A stretch of 64,000 nucleotides of DNA from the NCBI GenBank assembly GCA_047967505.1, contig CM106538.1, one strand, 5' to 3'. Positions 23,401 to 36,998 of this stretch are shown piece by piece (positions within the stretch are counted from its first letter, which is position 1; every line of letters starts with the position of its first letter). The DNA comes from Dipteris shenzhenensis (lineage: Eukaryota). Position numbers and translations under genes: made by a program. Below the pieces are notes generated by a model that was not told the DNA's origin, searched no databases, and worked only from the letters and a program-made list of their open reading frames with translations.

Positions 23401-23709
23401 CCATCATTAACTCTGCAATAATGAAGATTTTTAGCCCTCAAGATTGTGAATCGTCCTACGGAATGCTGCATTGAAATCAGCTCTCGAGACACCGCCTCTC
23501 AGATCTGAATCACAACTCATATAAAGGTCTCTTCTTTGAAAACCTATGTGCACTTCACTACATTACCTGCAGATCCACATCGTCAGCAAATGATTTCTTC
23601 CCTGGTTACTTCAGTTGTATTCCCAACGGATAGTCTCTTCCTCCTGTTTCACCCTCAAGAAATGCAGTGACTGATTTTCTATCTTTTGCCTCGAGGCTTC
23701 TCCACATCT

Positions 23710-24280
23710 CCATGGCTCTATCTACCTCATCTTTTCCCTTGACTTCATCAAAGAATTTCTCAAGGACCAGTTATCCTATATGGCAAACAAAGATGCAACT
23801 CATCTTGATGAGGGAAGATTTATGGAAAATTGTCCCCGGAGATGAGAAAACACCTTCAACACAATACGAGCAGCTAAGACCTGCAAGAAGCGCAATCAAC
23901 GTGCCATTGCCATTATTGGTCTTGAACTCGCTGATTCTCTCATTCACCATATCGATTTTAAGTCATCTGATCATCAGCAGACCCAAGGATGGGGTAGACT
24001 CGAAGATATCTTCGTTAATAGAATTACCAATTCCAAGGTTTTCTGAAGCTAAAGTTTTATGAACTTAAAAGATCTGAATCTGATGAGCTCAGTGATCAAC
24101 TAGTTACTATGTATTCCATCATCAATCAACTCACTAGTCTTAAGACTGAGCCTGATGATGAGGATAAGATGGCACTCTTGATCAAGAGCATGAAAGATGC
24201 TGCACCCCATTTCCAATCTTCTCTAGAAGTGTGTCGCGTCGCATCGACTACATTTGAAGATATGGTGGCACTACTTTAGA
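23710..24280 (+). pseudogene. Copia gag N-terminal remnant
   Basis: SYPIWQTKMQLILMREDLWKIV matches the Copia gag NYxxWxxxMxxxL...LW motif. Confidence 0.7.
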
Positions 24281-27179
24281 AGGACCGAAGGAGAAAGGGA
24301 TCTCCTTTCCACCTTAAGACTGAGCCTGATGATGAGGATAAGATGACACAATTATCTTCTTCCAAATGGAAAGGAGATCCCTTTCTAAGTTGTCCTTTTG
24401 TGTGCTTGTGTCTGTAAGGGTTCTCTGCCCTGGGTAGTCCCCTAAAAAATGATTGTATTTGAGCTTTCATAAGAGCTCAGTTCTAAATTTATGAAATATA
24501 CCTTGTACACAATCAAGAACCGAGGCTGACTAAGCTAGTTGATCACTGAGCTCATCAGATATTTTTTTTCATACTAAATGCCACACCTGACTCATCTCTA
24601 AAATGATGGTGCCTTCAAGTCTGAAGGAAATATGTCGCGATGCGAGGTCTTGTATATCAAACCACCATGCATAGTGTTCTAGAGGAATGTCTCCAGGGAC
24701 CATGAAGAATAGAAATAGCAGTGCTCGTCCTCCAAATCCTTGCTGAAGTGCCCTCTGACATGAGTGGATATGTGAACCAACAGGCTGTGCACAGTAGATG
24801 TACGTGTTCTAACATCGTATGCTGGCAATCTCACTGTCAACCTCCTCTAGGGTCCATGAAACTCCTTGAAGTAGAGCACAAGATCTGACTCTCCCTAGTG
24901 GATACTACAGAGGTCAAATACTACTCTGCCTCACCTGACTGTCTACAAAAACTAGAATCAACTCTAGTCTATGATGGCCCTCCTCTGCAGCACATGGTGA
25001 TAATTGAGACCAAAAGATAGAAGGGATATCTCCGTCAGTCAACCTGGAGCCAGTTTTGGAAGCGAGGTAATGAACCCCTTCCATACTGGTAGCTAAAGCG
25101 GAAGTGAAAGATTGAAAGTACATGAGGGTTCGACCCTCTCTCTTGACGTATGTTTTAACCATGAGGCACTAGGGCTCGTAGTAGCAATATGTCAAAAGTA
25201 GAGGGGACCTGTGGACTGTAGCTGTCTCCCTCCATTCTACAACAAATGTCTCCCAAGCATCCAACCTATCGAGAAATCGTGAGACCGTCTGTGCAAAGAC
25301 CTCTGACCAACTATGACAAGCCGACTGATCCGCCAACCTCGAACTCCTAGGTGAGTCATGCAAGTAGTTCCTCATAGGTATGAATGTCGAGACAGTGTCA
25401 GCAAGGTTATCCAATTGACAACATGAGATCTGAACCTGACCTACCCCCCTGAGTAGACCGCACAGTAAGTAAGACCACTTGCGATGTGGCTAGGGCCATC
25501 CTATCAAAGTCTCCAACTGTTGGGGAGTCCACGGAGTCTCTGCTAAGTACCTTGGAGTGATGCGGCTCATGAACCCTCCTAGAGAAGAGGTGGAGCTCCA
25601 TCCTCTGGCTCTCTCTAAGTAGAGGCTAACCCTGATCCTTCTGGAGAAGAAGGCGCTATAGCAGTCTATGGGCATCTCCTTTGTCTTCCTCTATGCCTCT
25701 GTCTAGAAATCTTCCTTGATCGGTGCTCTAGCAGCTCCATTGTGTGTCTGGGCATAGAATCTGCCACCTATAAGTCCCTAGTAATCTATGGACCCTTCAG
25801 AGTGTGAGACAACTCTTGAGGGCTTGTTAGGGGTGGCCCTAGAGGCTCCAATGGTCCTGGTGGCACAATGTCAACCTCTCTAGAGGCTCCCGTGGCACTA
25901 TGGCAACCTTTATGGATGCTGGTGGAGGTTCAGGAGACCCAAGAGGCATAGGGATCTCTAGAAGCAATGTGGACTCCTGACCATCATGGGGGTGGTGATG
26001 GCCTCAAGATGTATCATGCTAGTCCTATGCATCTGTTGTCCCTAGTCCCCCTATCTCTGCCAACCCCAATCCCAATCTTCAGCACAAGCGTCTACTCGGA
26101 AAATCTTTGATGAAATATCCTTTTCTCTTACAGAAGAGACATTAGTTTGGGTGACCCTCATACGTGATTCTCTGTTCTACATGAGATCCATCACCTGTGG
26201 TGTATGGTGATCATCGTGGGAACAGGTTGCGGAAATGGAAACTGTGAAGTCTGTGTCATCCTAGTGGCTCCCAACCCCGCAAGAGTCTAAGCATATGTCA
26301 ATCTAGACCCTATAAAACCAGCCAAATGCTCCACCGCCTTGGAACACACGCTGATCTCATCTGAGAGCCCCCGAAAAAGAAAGCTATCTAAGGCCCGGTG
26401 TAGTCATGAGAAGTGTTTCTACCATGGCCATAGGTGATTACCCTACCCTGGTACACTTAAGGCGTACTCACAAGGGCTCTTTGTGCATGCTCAGCAGTTT
26501 GCAAACCAATCAAGACGTAACCCCAGCCTATTAGTTTAAACATCGTGACTATTACTTGCAACCTTGCCATATTGGTGTATACCCAGTCTCAATGTTGTTG
26601 GCCTCTGTTCGAAAGGAAACCAATAAATTGTGTTTGTCGAAATCCCTCCTCTACTACATCAATAAGCTACACAATGTCCGGGGGAATGTATATGAGCTTT
26701 AACTTCCTCTAGCTAGGTGATTAGAGTGGCACTGCCCTAAGGATGAGCCTCGACTTCCTCTAGCTGGGTGATTAGAGTGGCCCTGTCCTCCATCTCACCG
26801 GCCTAAGGATGAGGAGATGGTGGGCTGAAAAAGATGGCGGAGAAGATTAAGCAGAAGTGATGGTGGGAGCTGGCAACAAATACTTTCAAGCTTTGCGTGG
26901 GTTTCCAAGAGATGAAGTCATCCGTTGCAATTGTGTGCACAATCAGCAAACAAAGAAACCTCACCCTACAATCACCTGCCCAAATAGTACTGCTTCCTGC
27001 ATGAAAATGACATTGGATTGCGCAAGCCTTGATGAGGAAGGTCGAGCCCAGTTTGATATTTTCCTTCAACTACTAGCATGATCAACCTACTACAAGTACA
27101 ACTTGATCACGCTGAGATTTTATCTCCTACAAGACTATGTCTCAACTCGGCACCAACTGCTTTTTTTTAAGGTCATACA

Positions 27180-27850
27180 ACCGATAAGCCTTTGACTCTT
27201 CATTGTAACCTACAAAGATACATTTTACTCATGGTAACCAGCTTTGACTTGTCTGCTTTGTTCATATGAACAAACTCATCAAATCGAAAAACCTTTAGAT
27301 AAGTGATGATGTGTTTCTTCCCATGATACGCCTCATATGAAGCCTTCACCTCAACCGCTATGGTCTCTGTCATGTCAAAGATATGGATGACCGCATTGAT
27401 CCCCTCTCCCCAAAAGGACCTTGGAGGCTTCTTCCTCATCAACATACACAGCTCCATCTTAGTGGCAACTTGTTCTTCCTCTCTGCCACTCGATTTTGTT
27501 AGGTTGTATGCACATCTGTCAATTGTCTCTTGCTATCCTGTTTCTTACAATAGGTATGGAAAGCCCAGGACGTGAACTCTCGCCCTTTGTTAGTGCAAGA
27601 GGCCCTCAACTTCTTTTTTTTCACTCTAGCCTTCCATCCAAGACGTATTTGAAAGCCTCGGATTTCTTTGCAATGCAATGTACCCATGTTTTAGCTAAAA
27701 TAATAAATCAATTCAGCCATGTCTAATACTCTCTCTAACGTTCACAAGGCTGTCCCAGTGGATGGACTTCCACATATTGCATACATCCCAAAAGGCTATC
27801 AGGCTTGCATGGAGGGCAAGCAACACTCGGATGCATTCCCCCTATTTTCT
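27180..27850. pseudogene. Copia integrase fragments in opposite orientations
   Basis: Minus strand: TNKGREFTS, SFWGEG, YEAYHGKK...LKVF (27200-27690). Plus strand: DGLP...QACMEGKQH pre-integrase (27760-27830). Confidence 0.65.
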
Positions 27851-28143
27851 GAGGTTGAGTATTATGTTACTTTAGCTAAGACTTTCATGCTTCAGCTTTT
27901 TACGCAACTGCCTGTCTACAGGGCAACCAGCTCAGTCTAATTAGCCAACTTCAGCAGCTGTCCTCTTGGACCGCTAGAGCAATGATTTAGTTATCGCAAG
28001 TCCCCCACCAACAATGACCCCCCTGCCCTCCCCCCCAGCCCCTTATGTGAGCAGGGGAGAAAAGGTGGGGGGGACTTAAAGACAAAATTTTGAATAGTAG
28101 ATTTAAAAGACCGTCATGGGTAAGAAAAGAGTCCCCACATCCT

Positions 28144-28799
28144 TGTTAGACCCCTAAAGCCTCTAAGGCGCCTTTGAAGCCTACTATGGCATCTAGCATA
28201 CTTGACTCAGACTTTTCGAAATCTTTCTGTCAGACACTTCATCACTTGGTCCACTATCAAAGACTCTATTTCTTACTCTCTTGGATCTCTAAAGTCTACG
28301 TTGACACAGATCACGGGCGATGGCATTCAATTGTTCCACCCAGCCTACTCTCGTGGATTGCAGATCGTCAGATTCATACGTTCCTTTGTTATTTTCATGC
28401 TTATCCACGAGACCCTCATTTCCCTAGATAGTTCTCCTTGCCAAATGTCATCATTTTAGCCTCTCCACTTGGTGCACCCTTTTTTACCCCTCTCTTGGGC
28501 ACATTTAAGACCACTTGCCCCTTGGCATTATTGCACATTTAGGTGCACCTAGGCCTTAGCACTCAGAACTACCTAGTCAATGCCATTTCACCCTCACCTA
28601 GGACCTTGGCAGTTACTTCTCTTGACCATTTCAATTACGCACAATAACTATTACAAAATTTGGTCATCTAAGAGAAAATGCCCACCGATCTTTCCGAGGT
28701 CATGCTATCTCGGCTAGAGCATAACACTTTCACAATCCATACTTGAGCTTCACCCTCCTCACCATATTCTTGAACATGAAAATGGAAGGGATTGCAACA
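28144..28799. mobile_element. LTR-like segment TGTT...AACA
   Basis: Terminal TG/CA with a 4-bp inverted repeat, non-coding; no TSD. Confidence 0.3.
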
Positions 28800-29650
28800 T
28801 ATCGACACTTAAAGTAAATTGAGCTTGAAAAACTCCCCAAAAGGCTGTTTAAAGGACTTGACCTACAAGAAAAAATTGAGGGAGAATAGAATCTCTATAT
28901 TTACACACCTTTGATATACAAAGATGATAGAAGTTTGTAGAATATTAGAAGCCTGTATGCTTGCATGCATGTGTCTATACTGTTGCAAATTTCTCAAGAA
29001 ATAGACAAATGCCACTTTTTGTATTTACATCAGCCCAATTTGAACACAACGGCATCAATGCATTGTTTCTAACCTAGATTGTACGTAATACAACAAACAT
29101 TGATCCACTTATGTTGCGAACCAAAGGAGTAGGCATCAAATAATTGCTAAGAGATTGTTTGATTATAAGAAAGCCTCCAACAGAGTAAACTCAAAGAGGA
29201 AACCACAAATAGAATGTAGTATGTCAAAAAATAAGGGAAAAAAAGCAAGAGACCTAACAAAAAGGTTAGCATACAAATTTTGTTGCAAGGCTGTTAAATC
29301 AATGAAAGGGCGAGCAATTTTTGCTTCTTATTCATAGTCAGATCTTTCAGTCGTGAAAATTCTATGATTACTCGTCAAACATATTCAAGGTCTTAAATAT
29401 GTCCATAAGGCTTCCAATCAGCATGCCTTCACTTTTCAAATACGTGTGCACATAGAAACAAGCATTACCTTGCCACTATTGCATTATCAAGAGCATACAA
29501 CGCCTCAAGACTCTTTTCCCTTTCATTTGCAACAAAGCAGATTAGAGTTCCAAATGTAGTTGCGAATGAATTCAAGAACTTTTGGATGCATGAAATCAAT
29601 CCATTGCACACTAGAAAAAATCAAAGAATGATTGGAAAGCAAAGACACAC

Positions 29651-29767
29651 CGTACATTGCACCAAATGCAGCATAGGTCTCTTCCACAGGCATGGCTGGC
29701 TGAAGCAATGTTCCACCGGCATCGACAAGTAGTGCCTTATATTTTGGGAAAACCTGCACATCTGACC
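29651..29767 (-). CDS. HDHD3: Exon 2 of HAD-superfamily hydrolase (HDHD3-like), containing motif I
   Basis: GSDVQVFPKYKALLVDAGGTLLQPAMPVEETYAAFGAMYG resembles plant HDHD3-like DAGGTL proteins; T-rich tract plus CAG acceptor (29770-29768), GT donor at 29650; 117 nt, phase 1 at both ends. Confidence 0.85.
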
Positions 29768-30165
29768 CTGTCATACATTACAAAGCATGAAAGAAAATCT
29801 GAGTCAGTTTTTACAGGGATAAGTTACCCTAATAAACTACATAGATATTCTTCCTGACTGGGAGCAATATGATAAAGTTCAAAGATTTATATATATTTAG
29901 ATGATCCAGGAACATGCCCAAACTCATCCTCTAAAAACACAGCCATAGAGCAGTTTCAATCTCATGACAGTCACTCGTAAGGTTAAAAACCATAAACTCC
30001 ATCACGCATAATAAAGTTCAAAAATTTGACCATAATGCCATCTGTTTTGGAAAGCTACAGAAACTTTGATTAGATCACCATCATGCTTGGCCAACCATAT
30101 CCAAATAGCTGAGCGACACCTTGTACCAGACCTGATTAAAAACCGAGCTGTATATGTGCAGATCG

Positions 30166-30952
30166 TGTTAGAGGTCATCTCCTGATGTCACCGTAGAGAG
30201 AGAGGGCCTTGTTTGTGGGTGTGCCCAACCAGTGAGAGACTAGGGTAGATGAGTCAGGGCCTATGTTGTGGGTGTGCTCACCCCCCGTGAGGATAGGTAT
30301 TCGCCTCATGTTGGCCCGTACTCATGCTATAGTGGCTGGCTGTGGAGGCGCCCTTTTGTGCCAGTGGAGGTGGCCTTGTAGGCAGCTCTGTGGGCAGTTG
30401 TGTAGGCCCCAGCAGATGCTGCTCTTGTTGTGTTGGTCCGACCTGCTGGTCGACCACTTGGCATGTGCTTGGGCAGTGGGCTTGAGCCCTATGTATAGGG
30501 CTGTGTGCATCCCTGCTGGTGGGTCGGCCCAACTGGCCAGGTCGGCCTGTTTGCAGCAGGGTCTCAGCCCTGATATAGGGCCCTGATGAGCCATTTTGTA
30601 GGGCTGGAGAGTCGGCCATGTAGGCCTGTTGGGTCAGCCTGCCCTATGCCAGCCGACTAGGAGGGGCTGGGGGGCTATATATTGCCCCCCCCCCCCCGCC
30701 CCCCCCCCAAAAAAGCCTTATTTGGTGCATCCAATGGAGCAGCACAGCCAGCTCAGTTGAGCAGTTCTGGAGCAGCTGTGCCTACCCTGTAGAGGAGTCC
30801 TAGGGCGGAGGTGTGGTGCAGATCATCCACTCTCTCTGCCTTCGTTTGTTGTGGTTGTTGAGCTGTTTGTCAGAGCTCTCGAGCAGCCTGTTGGTTCCAA
30901 GGTTTTCCCCCAGTTGCAGCAGGGCTTCTTAGTGTGTGTGTGTGTGAGGCGT

Positions 30953-30990
<38 letters not shown>

Positions 30991-31640
30991 TTCCGTTCAT
31001 TTCCGCTGCACTTCTCACATGGTAGCAAAGCCACGGTTGGCTTAAGACCCGAGGGGCGGAGGGAGTGTTGACACAGAGGAGGATTAGGGTGCTGTTCGAA
31101 GGTGTCTTTGAGGAGGAGCGCATTCGAGGAGTGGACTGTTTGGGTGACCAGCAAAAGGGTGACTTTGAAGGGTGTTTTCAGATCAGAGAGGAGGCGTTTC
31201 CAAGGGACAGAAAGCGAGGTGTGAAGGTACATTGCGCTGTCAGCCCCTTCATCCTCTTCTTCCGCCTTCTCCTTTCTTCAATCCTAAGATCCCTTCCATC
31301 TCATCCACCTTCTCTTCAGTATATCGTCCCCTTCACTTCGACATGGCAACTTTGTCTGGGATGGCAAAGAACAAGACTAGAATTCCAGTGTTGCCCACAT
31401 TCCCGGTTGACCGGTAGTTGGATGGGCTCAATTACAGCGTTTGGCGGGTGATGATGGAATATGTGTTAGTCATACGACCTGGGAGATTTCATCTTGATAG
31501 GTGTTTCCCGACCAGATCCCCTGGCGAAGGACCTTGGCATCCTGAAGCAAAAGGAGGCCGACACCCTATATCATCAGTCACGTTCCCGGCTTCGAACTCG
31601 AGCAATCCAGATGCCACGATCTTCCAGTTGTCCCCCTCAT
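30166..31640 (+). mobile_element. Truncated Copia: putative ~1.18 kb LTR (30166-31343) followed by gag N-terminus
   Basis: TGTTAG start, CA end followed by TGG; then LDGLNYSVWRVMMEYVL gag motif. LTR limits not confirmed by a second LTR. Confidence 0.55.
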
Positions 31641-32299
31641 AATGAGTGAACAACCTGGAGTCTTCCAGGCACCATGCTCTAAGGGTCTATTTCAACCCGT
31701 CCTTCCTTTGGCAAGGTCCGCAACAAAAGAACCATCTCGAGAAATGAAATCCCAAGAATATCTCCAGATAACCGGGACCACGAACTTTTCCCAAACTCTC
31801 CAAAGTTAGGGATGGTGAAAGAAAGAAATCTAGGGGAGGAGGAAGGGAGAGAAGGGGCTGAAGAGGCTTCTGAAATCGACATCTCTGCTGCTAAACCACA
31901 CAGCAAAGTCGAACAAACTCAACCTTCCATAGACCAAAACTCTGTATGCACCTGACTGAACCTGAGTCACCCTCCTCCTCGCAAGGGCACGTGTGTTGGG
32001 AGTGGAATCACAAACTTCTTAAACTTATGTGCATCAAATAGATGTGCAGACTCATCAATAGACAATAATCCAGCCAGAGAAGCTACCAAAAACCTTATAT
32101 TTCCATCCAAAACTATGGACACAACAAAAGAGAGATAGATCCAAAGTCCCACCAGAGCGTGGTCCGCCGGATATCTCTAAACTTGAGCCCGCGTGCTCCA
32201 CCTTGAGTGTATGTAGACTCTCCGTCCAGATTCCTTCCACCTTGCTGTTCGGAAGCCAGCCTAGGTGGCAGCCCTTTCTCAGCTTTGTCTGCAGGCTAT

Positions 32300-32735
32300 A
32301 ATGTACCTCCTTCACCTCCAAAAGATAGGCTCAAGGTAGGTCTTCCTGCTGCTCCAGGTGATGATTTGTGAGGGCTGAATGGCCCCATTTTATAGGCCCA
32401 GGGCCTGCTGCAAAAAACCGACCAGTCTGGCTGCTTCTGGCCGATCCAAACAGGCCGACCAGGCCCTGACCTGGTCTGCCTATAAAGGCGCCTGTGGGGC
32501 TCTCTTTTCTAGGGCCTTTGGCCCACACTTCAAGACAAGGGCTCAGCCCTTAGGTCTGCCCTATAAAAGGCCCGGTTGGCTGCCTCCAAGCAGCCCAACC
32601 AGCCTCTCTCTTGGCCGACACTCTATGCTGGTCTGCCCCGTCCTGTTGCGCCCCTTTTCAGCACCCTGTTCTCGCCTCAGCTTTGTACTGTTCCGTACTA
32701 ATGCTGACGTCATCCGTGACCTCATAGCCTCTTCT
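32300..32735 (-). repeat. GC-rich LTR-like repeat related to 30166-30800 (inverted) and 5050-5340
   Basis: Shared TCCAGGTGATG...TTTTATAGG and TGAC(G/A)TCA...TGACCTC motifs. Confidence 0.45.
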
Positions 32736-33029
32736 CTTATGTCCCTGCTGCTGTCCTCAGCTCCGCCTTATGCTCCTGCAGATCAGCTAGGTCAGCCAGG
32801 TACCCTCCTCTCGTCTTTTGATGTGAGGTGCTGCCCATGTGGCAGGCCCCTCTCTTTCTTTTCTCTTGGGCACATGCCCTAGGTCTCCCTCCCCCACGCT
32901 CTCCTCATACAGGGGCTTACAGATGAGGAGGTGTTCCAGCAGTCCTAGTAGTAGCCAATTAGGCAATCCAAAGAAACCACATAGCAGGCATAACACGAAA
33001 GCTAAGGAAACTCTCTCTTACTAGGATTA

Positions 33030-33582
33030 TGTCACGGGCATCCTAATGCTGTGGACATGCGGGCTATGTGCCAGCGCAGCAGCCACATCAGTTGCGACAT
33101 AGGCAGCCATGTAGATAGACCATACAACCACGTCATCAAGTCATACAGCTATGCAGGAAGCATCACATCATTAAAACATGCAGAGTTGACTTTTTGACTG
33201 ACCTGGTCAACAGTCGGTGTTGACCAACCGACTAGGGGCAACGGTCGGCATCGACTAGGCCAACCAATCTGACATAACAACCTATAAAAGGGCAGCCTTG
33301 TCCCTCATTCTTCATCCAGTCTTGGGCTTTCAATGCTCAACAAAGGCAGCCAAGAGCCCCAGCAGCAGACCAGCAGGGTAGCCCTTGGCCTTTAGGGATC
33401 ATCAGTGAGGATTCACCTCCTCTCTACAATGCGAGTTTCCATTAAAGTTTTATAGTGAGGGTTTCATCCCTTCATACAGTTGTATTCAGCCCTTTGGGCA
33501 TTCATACATTCGGTTATATATTTCTCTTCGGAGGCCCGCTATATTCTCTCCCTCTGATTCTCTCACTCACATCCACAGCATC
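33030..33582 (+). mobile_element. Solo-LTR-like segment
   Basis: TGTCAC start, internal CCTATAAAAGGG, CA end; no TSD. Confidence 0.4.
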
Positions 33583-33777
33583 ACTTGTGTACTGGGTATA
33601 TCATTTCTATTAGTTCAGTTAGTGTTGAGCTTGAGAGAGAGTGAGTCAGTCTATCTCCCGCTACAGAAGAGGACATGGGACCCAGGCAACTCCCATGATG
33701 CTGGCTAGCGAAAGCTAGATTCAGTCCTTGCATTTGCATCCATTCAAGGCTAATGCTTGAAAGTATCAAAGAGTTAT

Positions 33778-33962
33778 GGATTCAAAGGTGTACTGCACTT
33801 GAATGTTCTTGCAAGTACAGCTGAAGCCCCTTTAATAGGCCTAGGAAAGTGGGCCAACACTTGATTGTATCAGGGATTCAAAAGTGTACTGACGAATGTT
33901 CCTGCAAGTACAGCTGAAGCCCATTTTATAGGCTTAGGGAAGTGGGCAGCACGTAATTGTAT
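33778..33962. repeat. Two-copy ~95-bp tandem duplication
   Basis: GGATTCAAA(G/A)GTGTACTG...GCAAGTACAGCTGAAGCCC...GTGGGC occurs twice. Confidence 0.85.
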
Positions 33963-34539
33963 GTGGAATTATGCAACAGGGGTGCCACATGGCATGCCCC
34001 CATGAAAACCCACTAAAAGCTATTGTATGTACAAAAATACTTAAGAGACAACAACTATTGTGATCCTTTTATAAACTAATAGGACCCATTGTTTAACTGA
34101 CTACTAAACTAAAACTTACTACTATTAGAGGGCACAAGTCAGGTTCCTTTGGCGGGTTAAGAAATTTTCAAAGCCAATGCCAAAGATCCCTCTCTCTTTG
34201 CCTCTCCTCCCCCACCTCCGCCTCCACCTCTGCCTCCACCCCCCCAGCACCTCATCCTCCAATTACTACCCCCCATCTTTAGACTAGCCCGTTCCTCCTT
34301 TCTCTCACCCCCTCCCCTCCGCCCCTTGTTCCCCTACTCCAATTGTTCTCACCGACCTCCTTCCAGGCTTCATTACCCCCCACCACTCCTCCTAGGCCCA
34401 CTCCATAGTCTCAAGTTCATCCCGCTGCCCCCCTGACACCCCCCTGCCTCTCAAAGAAAGCCACGCCTCATCGGGTTCTCCTTCTATAGGTCTTTCCTTA
34501 TTGTCTTCTCCGGTCTCTGTTCATCTCCTCCAACTACCA

Positions 34540-35800
34540 CGGCTCAAGTCTTGCCCAAGCTAGCAACTCCCATTTGAGTTCTAGCGCCTGGGGTCCTAGA
34601 CTACACAAAGGTCTGGAAGGAGTACTCCCTCGCCCTAGAGATCCCATTTCTGCACCCCTTGAAAGGAGGCACCATTGCCTCCAGATCTGCTCCAAACTGC
34701 AATGAACTGCTGCTGACTGACACGTGGACTTTCCGTACGGTTTGTCCACTACAGAGGCTCCACCTTGCTAGGTACTCTCCTAGACGTGCTGCCCACATGG
34801 CAGCCTATGTGCTCCCCATGTGACAGCCCCATTCTCTGTGTTTCTTGTGAGCTTGCTGTCCACGACAGCCAATGTGCTATCCATGTGGTTGATCACCACC
34901 ACCCTAAGGTCAGGTTTGTCTGAGCTCCAAAAAAAAGCTTCCTCCTACTACTCTCCAATACCTGTGCAAATTGTTGTGAAGGAGAGATGTCCACACCAAT
35001 GTGGCAGCCCAAGTATCTAACAAAAACCCCTCTTTGAATTCATGTACAATGGAAATGAGCCCCCAAAACTAGAGTGTCCTCGTCACTAATCCAAAAGACA
35101 TTGATTTATTCCAATTGATGTGTGCACCTGCTGCGTAACAAAATAAATCCAAGGTTGCCCTGGAGAAAGTGAGATTCTATGGAGTGGCATCCAAAAAAAG
35201 TATCATCAGCTAGCTCACTATCCAAGAGCTCATTGTCCTATCTCAAAGGAAGTATCAGCCCAATAATGTCTGTTTCCAGGGGCATTGCTCATTGCTTGTG
35301 GAGCTGTCTAGGGGCATAGAGGATCTATCTATGCTCTCTCAGGACTGTGGCCAGGATGCAACGGATCCAACAAGACTTCACTTAGGGCATGGCAGCTTGG
35401 TTGACAAGGGACAACATGCTTTCCCCATCAAGAGGTCTCGCCAGCCTACAAGATAGATCGACAAAGTGTCACCCACCTGGACATTGAAGAGTCATCCCCC
35501 CTCTCAACAGAGACCTGAGTTCTCTCTGGAGGACGGAGTTTGTGGGACGGTCGCCAACATCAATGCTTGGAATCTCTGGGTAGTGCGCTGTAGTTTAATG
35601 ATGGGGGTCAGCCTACAGCCACTCTTGTCAACATTTGGCACGATATCATCAATACCCTGCAAACCACTTGAGCGCAAGGTCTAGGAAGATCGCTGAAAGG
35701 TGGGATCGTTCTGCAAGGCATGGCCTGCAAGCACTTTTACACTCTCATGGATCGAGGAATCCACTGGTTTTATAGCCCTCCACCCTAGTTGTTGGCACCT
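34540..35800 (-). pseudogene. Decayed L1 RT fragment
   Basis: Revcomp gives DPLCP, LADDT and AAGAHINWNKS. Confidence 0.6.
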
Positions 35801-36429
35801 ATTCTAGGATACTCTAGGCAATGAGCTGGATTCTGAAAGCAGGCTGCATAACAGCCAGCTGTCTTTTCTCATTGGTCAGGCATTCCTTTTGGGGTTGGGG
35901 GGCGGGGGGGGGGGGGCAGCACACGTTAGCAGGCGTTTGGAAATGTTTGGTTATTTTATTTTCCTTTCTAATCATGCATTTTGCACATGCATATACTGCA
36001 CATTTTCACAAATATTATGTAGATCTGCTGTAGTTGTGGAAATGTGCATATACTCCACATTTTCAGAAATATTATGTAGATCTGCTGTAAACATGAGAAA
36101 ATGCAAGAATTTGCATAAAAAACACATGCCCAAGAAATTGCATTAAGACCCAAAATGCAGATTTGCCCTCTTTGTGGGGACCTGCAAAAAGGTTGCACAT
36201 TTGGAAAAGTCCAAACGTCTTGTGCACTCGGTCATCGCAAAGGCTAGCACTGAGAAGATTAATGAGATCATTTACACAAAGTACCCTTGTAGGAAAAATA
36301 TTGCATTGCAATTCGTAAAAGTGATGTGCAATAAAAGTTGGGCTGCCCATCAAAACGCTTTCATCTAACCCTGATTTTCATTTCTTCTTCCTTCATTGTC
36401 ACCATTCATCCCCTAGCCTAGGAGTGACT

Positions 36430-36998
36430 TGAGCATGCTGTCAGCACTAGGGCTGCCTAAGACCAAGCGCAGGCCTAAGCTTGCTTTAGCAAGCAGCATA
36501 GCAGGGCAGCTGCCAGGTGGGGCTACCGTGCAGGCAGATGCAGCAGTTGTAGCAACAGTATCTAACAGGCAGAACAGCAGCAGTCGGTCAGTCAGGGGTC
36601 TGCCAACCCGTACCAAGTTGGGCCAGTCAGTCTTCATAATGTCAGCCAAGGTTTGACCTAAAGTGGGCCAGGTCAGCAATGACTCAAACCGCCAGCAGCA
36701 GAGGTCTGTCAGGAGGACTTCCCCCCTACCTTTAGGGAGATTTCAGCAGGGATCTCTCAAGAGGACTTCCCTCCTCGCTTCAACATCACAAGCACTAGCA
36801 ATCCGCAACCTCAGCAGACCTTCAGCAAGCATAAGCCCAGGCAGACACTCAGCATCCTGGGCTCACTACCCAAGAGAACATCCTGTATTCTTTGTGCACT
36901 TGCTGATTGCAAAACCTGTCAGTAGATAGTAGCATACATCCAAGTCTTTTGCTATTAGAAGTAATCCATGTCCATGTGTTGGGCACCCTCATGTTACA
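36430..36998. mobile_element. Solo LTR (569 bp) with direct repeat GTGACT
   Basis: GTGACT|TGAGCATG...CATGTTACA|GTGACT. Confidence 0.7.

Larger units (their letters stand above)
12080..26800 (-). mobile_element. Decayed L1-clade LINE, split by the Copia at 13989-20477 and by other inserts at ~22980-24600
   Basis: ORF1-like GYVLIGLQTAEHAQRAL and a CLFCKRKG knuckle (26090-26520); APE DIVLIEEPKL and LNVYAP (22600-22970); RT NWRHNTLL, QIGFV, SVKQG, FVDD, LRNFLWSG (20640-21730); zf-RVT-like HCLWSC (~12780). That ORF1 and ORF2 belong to one copy is inferred. Confidence 0.75.

Noticed and set aside
29753-29756. Alternative acceptor TGTGCAG|GTT for HAD exon 2
   Set aside because: Phase 0, incompatible with the phase-1 donor at 37313; it would apply only if the upstream exon call is wrong.
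30583-30612. Hammerhead ribozyme (CTGATGA-GCC...GGC)
   Set aside because: No GAAA after the putative stem II; CTGATGA at 24080 also lacks the rest of the core.
35920-36370. MITE
   Set aside because: Only patchy inverted similarity and no TSD; contains a simple 45-bp duplication.
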